Part shown: in pieces, positions 60,259 to 64,000 of the stretch
How the letters are laid out: the number at the start of each line of letters is the position of its first letter
Numbering within the stretch: the stretch's first letter is position 1
Assembly: GCA_013265495.1 (NCBI GenBank)
Contig: MU058718.1
Location: 4,175,648 to 4,239,647 of the forward strand
DNA from: Vicugna vicugna
Taxonomy: Eukaryota
Direction of reading: 5' to 3'
Length of the DNA: 64,000 nt
Notes under the pieces: model-generated
What the model saw: the letters and a program-made list of their open reading frames with translations, nothing else
What the model was told of the DNA's origin: nothing
The model's database searches: none
Made by a program: the position numbers and the translations under genes

Positions 60259-62094
60259 ATTGAATACCTTCTTGAGCACAGGGGCCTACACTGCCCCCGG
60301 GTTCTAGGACTTCGTCCTGCCCACTCCCCTCCCCATCTAGAACGAGAGCAGGGTAGGGGAGTCTCTACCTATTCTGTTGCCCTTGCACGTGTTCTGGCCA
60401 ATCACAATGGCTGGGCTGAGGCCTGCCTTCTGGAGGTTTTCTTTATTTTTTCAATAAATGTGCAATTTAAGCATAAAGAGAGTTTGATATACAGTGTAAC
60501 TTTAGGAGAGGTCCTTTAGCTGTTTATTCCTTGCTTCCAACAAAATGCCGCCACCAAGATTGTAGAAATTCTGGATCCACTGCTCATCCACCTCCACACA
60601 TGTCATGAATAAATTGTTTCTGCTGCAGTACTAAAGTACGTAAGTGATGAACCTTTACAAACTAAATGACGGCTAAAGGTTGTTTGTGTCCTAAGTTACT
60701 CCCATGTCACTCGGGTTTGAAGGTGTCCCTAGGTGGGAGAGGGGATGGTGTTACAGTCTGTGTATCCGGTGTCGCACCTGCTGAAGTCCAGGTCCTGGGC
60801 TCTCCTTAGGGCTTGTTGGGAGCAAAGGGCGGGGCGGGGGGAGGTGAGGACTGCCGAGCTGCGGCGCTGCAGCGGGGTGTTACGCAGCAGAGAGAAAGGG
60901 GATTTGTAAGGCCTTAGAAAGCCAGAGCCTTCCTTCCCGCTCCAACAAAGGAATCACCAAGGAGATGGATTTAGCTCTTAAGATTTAATAGCCTCCTTTG
61001 GGGGTCCTGCTTCTTTGGGAGGGGAATAAAGAAGCACACCCAGACCAGTCCTCTGGGCACTGTTTTCTACTCAGAGTTTCAGGCTATGACTAGAAGTGAT
61101 TTGCTGGCCCTGAGGAATTTTCTAAATTCAATGTGTCATCATTGGAAAGTCGGGAGAATTTAGGTAAAACAGAGACTCCTGACTCCTTGAAAACATCAGA
61201 AGTGTTGACAACAAAAGACTCCCACTGGTGCCTGGCAATGACAGGCAAGGGCAGGTGGTGGCCACCCCCACTGGCTGAGGCATAGCCTCTCATGCCCACC
61301 CCACACGCACCCATGATGCCTCCCTGCTTGGGTGCCCTGCAGGCAGGGAGGGTCCCGCCATGGACCACCACGCCTTGTTCTCTCTGCCACTCAGAGGCAG
61401 TCTAGACATACATTTCCGGATCAAAGTCAGCCCTGAGAGCCACAGTTTATTCCTGCCTTGGCCTCCACACAAACACAAAAGCCTCCTCCCCATTTACTAA
61501 AGCCAAAGAATGCCAGGATTAACCCATAATTGAAACTTTTGAAAGAAGAGCTAAAGGCAGCTTTAGCCTTAGCATTCCTTGGCTCCTCATTAAAACGGGT
61601 TTTTTTTTGTGACTCGGGGACAGCTGGAGACACGTGACTGAATCCAAAAGCTCACGAGAAAGATGCCGGCCTCAAGGATACAAGACAGGCCCGTGGGATA
61701 CTTGATGTCATCAGACTGGAGGGCAGGAGTGGTGGGTGTTCCAGCCACAGCTCAATGGCAAGGACGCCTGGGCCCTCAGGAGCGAGACAGTGGATGATCA
61801 TGGTCAGGGCCAAGGTTCCACTGGCCCCAGGTGAGCCCAATTCCCAGGCTCCAAAGCAGAACCAGCCAAGAAACCGGCATAGCCCCGGGGCCGGCTTCCA
61901 CACACCACGTGAGCCAGATGCTCTGCTGTGTTGGCTGCTCCCTGGGGTACACACTGGCTCTCTCATGAGGGTTCACTACAAGGGCTGCCATCTCCTCCAG
62001 ACTGAATGGTGTGAAATTGTGCAGAATGTGCTTAAAGGGGCTTCAGAGTCAGAAAACATGGAGCCCTGCGAGGCATCTCAGACAGTATCTGTGC

Positions 62095-62740
62095 CAGGTT
62101 TCCCAATAGTGACTGCTCTTCACAATCAACTGGAACACGTTCAAAATACAGACTCTGAGCCTCCAGATTGCACCTCCTCCACCTTAACCCCCAACACTAC
62201 ACACAGTGCTTCTCCTGAGAAGTCAGGTTGGGGAACCACTGATGTCATTCAAACTCTTCACTTCCGTTTCTGAAGTACAATTCTAGGGTACGTGACTTTC
62301 GAAGGTCACATAGCTGGTTTGGCAGGATTGAGGTTAGAGTACAGGTCTTCTGAATATAATCCAGGGCTTTTTCTACAGCACATCATCTACTGGATGTGCC
62401 CATTGAAGTGGCCGCCAGATGACCCCAGCAGTTCTGGTTGAGGAAGACCGTAAGAAGCATAGTCTTTGTGTATGGAAAGCAACCCCAGATACTTTCCCCA
62501 GTATTGGCTTCCATGGTGGTTTATAACTCCCGTGTCTTAGTCTCAGCGTCACCTGGGCAGGAGATTCTGCTTCTAGCTCTGTAATTACCCCAGTTTCACT
62601 TGTCCTTTGAGAGGTTGGGGAAAGAACTGTACATATGTGTGTAGATTTCTCTGTGCCTCAGTTTACCCCTATGGAAAATGGAGAGAATGGTGCCACCCTT
62701 ATGTCTGCTTCTTTGGAGCTCTGCAGACCCAGTGCATGGC
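62095..62740. mobile_element. MER5-like element followed by two MIR fragments
   Basis: caggttggggaaccactg end at ~62240; gtgactttcgaaggtcacatagct; ctctgtgcctcagtttaccctatggaaaatgg. Confidence 0.6.
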
Positions 62741-62835
62741 CACACAAAGGCATCCTGTGATCCCCTAGGCGGAGAAGAAGCCTTCTGTACCCACACAGAA
62801 CTAGTCTTAAAGTCAAGGCTGCTTTTGCCACACTT

Positions 62836-64000
62836 CTTTTTTTACTGAAATGTAGTTGATTTACAACGTTGTGTTAGTTTCTGGTGTACAGCATAGTGAT
62901 TCAGTTATACATATACATATATATATTCTTTTTCATATTTTTATTATAGGTTATTATAAGCTACTGAATGTAGTTCCCTGTGCTATATAGTAGGACCTTG
63001 TTGTTTATCTATTCTGTATACAGTAGTTTGTATCTGCTAATCCCAAACTCCCCACTTATCCCTCCCCAACCCCTTTCCACATTGGTAACCATAGTATGTT
63101 TTCAATGTCTATGAGTATTTGTTTTGTAAATAAGTTCATTTGTGTCATTTTTTAAAAATTCCACATATAAGTGATATCATGATATTTGTCTTTCTCTGTC
63201 TGACTTGCTTCACTTAGTATGATAATCTCTGGTCAACCCATGTTGCTGCAAATGGCATTATTTCATTCTTTTTTATGGCTGAGTAGTATTCCATTGTACA
63301 TATATACCACATCTTCTTTATCCAATCATCTGTCGATGGGCATTTGGGTTGCTTCCATGTCTTGGCTCTTCTAAATAGTGCTGCTATGAACATTGAGGTG
63401 CATGTATCTTTTCAAATTGGAGTTTTCTCTAGATATATGCCCAGGAGTGGTATTGTTGAATCATATTGAAACTCTATTTTTAGTTTTTAAAGGAATCTCC
63501 ATACTGTTTTCCACAGTGTTTGCACCAAACTGCATTCCCACCAACAGTGTAGGAGGGTTCCCTTTTCTTCACGCCCTCTCTAGCATGTATCATTTGTAGA
63601 TTTTTTTAAAAATTGAAGTATAGTCCATTTACAATGTGTCGATTTCTGGTGAACAGCATAATGCTTCAGTTATACATATACATATATATTCATTTTCATA
63701 TTCTTTTTCATTATAGGTTAGTACAGATATTGAACACAGTTCCCTGTGCTATACAGAAGAAACTTGTCGTTTATCTATTTTATACATTGTAGCTAATATT
63801 TGCAAATTTGAAACTCCCGATTTATCCCTTCCCATGCCTTTTCTCCCTGGTAACCATAAATTTGTTTACTATGTCTGTGAGTCCATTTCTGTTTTGTAGA
63901 TAAATTCATTTGTGTCTTCTTTTTTCATTTTTTAGACTCCACATCATTTGTAGACTTTCTGATGATAGTTTGCACCAAACTGCATTCCCACCAACAGTGT
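62836..64000 (-). mobile_element. L1 3' portion running off the window
   Basis: Antisense 3'UTR and ORF2 end (gctgagtagtattccattgt...ccacatcttctttatcca). Confidence 0.95.
63601..63942 (-). mobile_element. L1 3' tail nested in L1
   Basis: New T-tract and ttgaagtatagt start; 12-bp TSD ATCATTTGTAGA (63589-63600, 63943-63954). Confidence 0.9.

Overview
Mammalian genomic DNA, most likely a camelid (three tRNA-derived SINEs resemble Vic-1; no Alu, Bov-A/BovB or PRE1 recognised). The window is repeat-rich and reads as intergenic or intronic; I find no intact protein-coding gene. The only recognisable protein homologies are a decayed, full-length ferritin light chain (FTL) processed pseudogene (minus, ~2833-3730) and the C-terminus of L1 ORF2 (54556-55014). 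The rest is L1, L2, L3/CR1, MIR, MaLR (MLT1), ERV1/ERVL solo LTRs and hAT MER elements, often nested with visible target-site duplications (TSDs), plus several CpG-rich promoter/enhancer-like patches (~7.0, 28.3, 31.7, 34.9, 53.2-53.9, 60.8 kb). Best leads: a possible two-exon minus-strand transcript from the 28.3 kb CpG patch carrying a 49-codon smORF, a ~50-nt retroposed mRNA 3' end inside an L1, and an LTR family with a duplicated start and internal polypurine tract. Repeat subfamily names come from my recollection of consensus sequences, and many boundaries are approximate. The sequence alone does not establish a new biological system.
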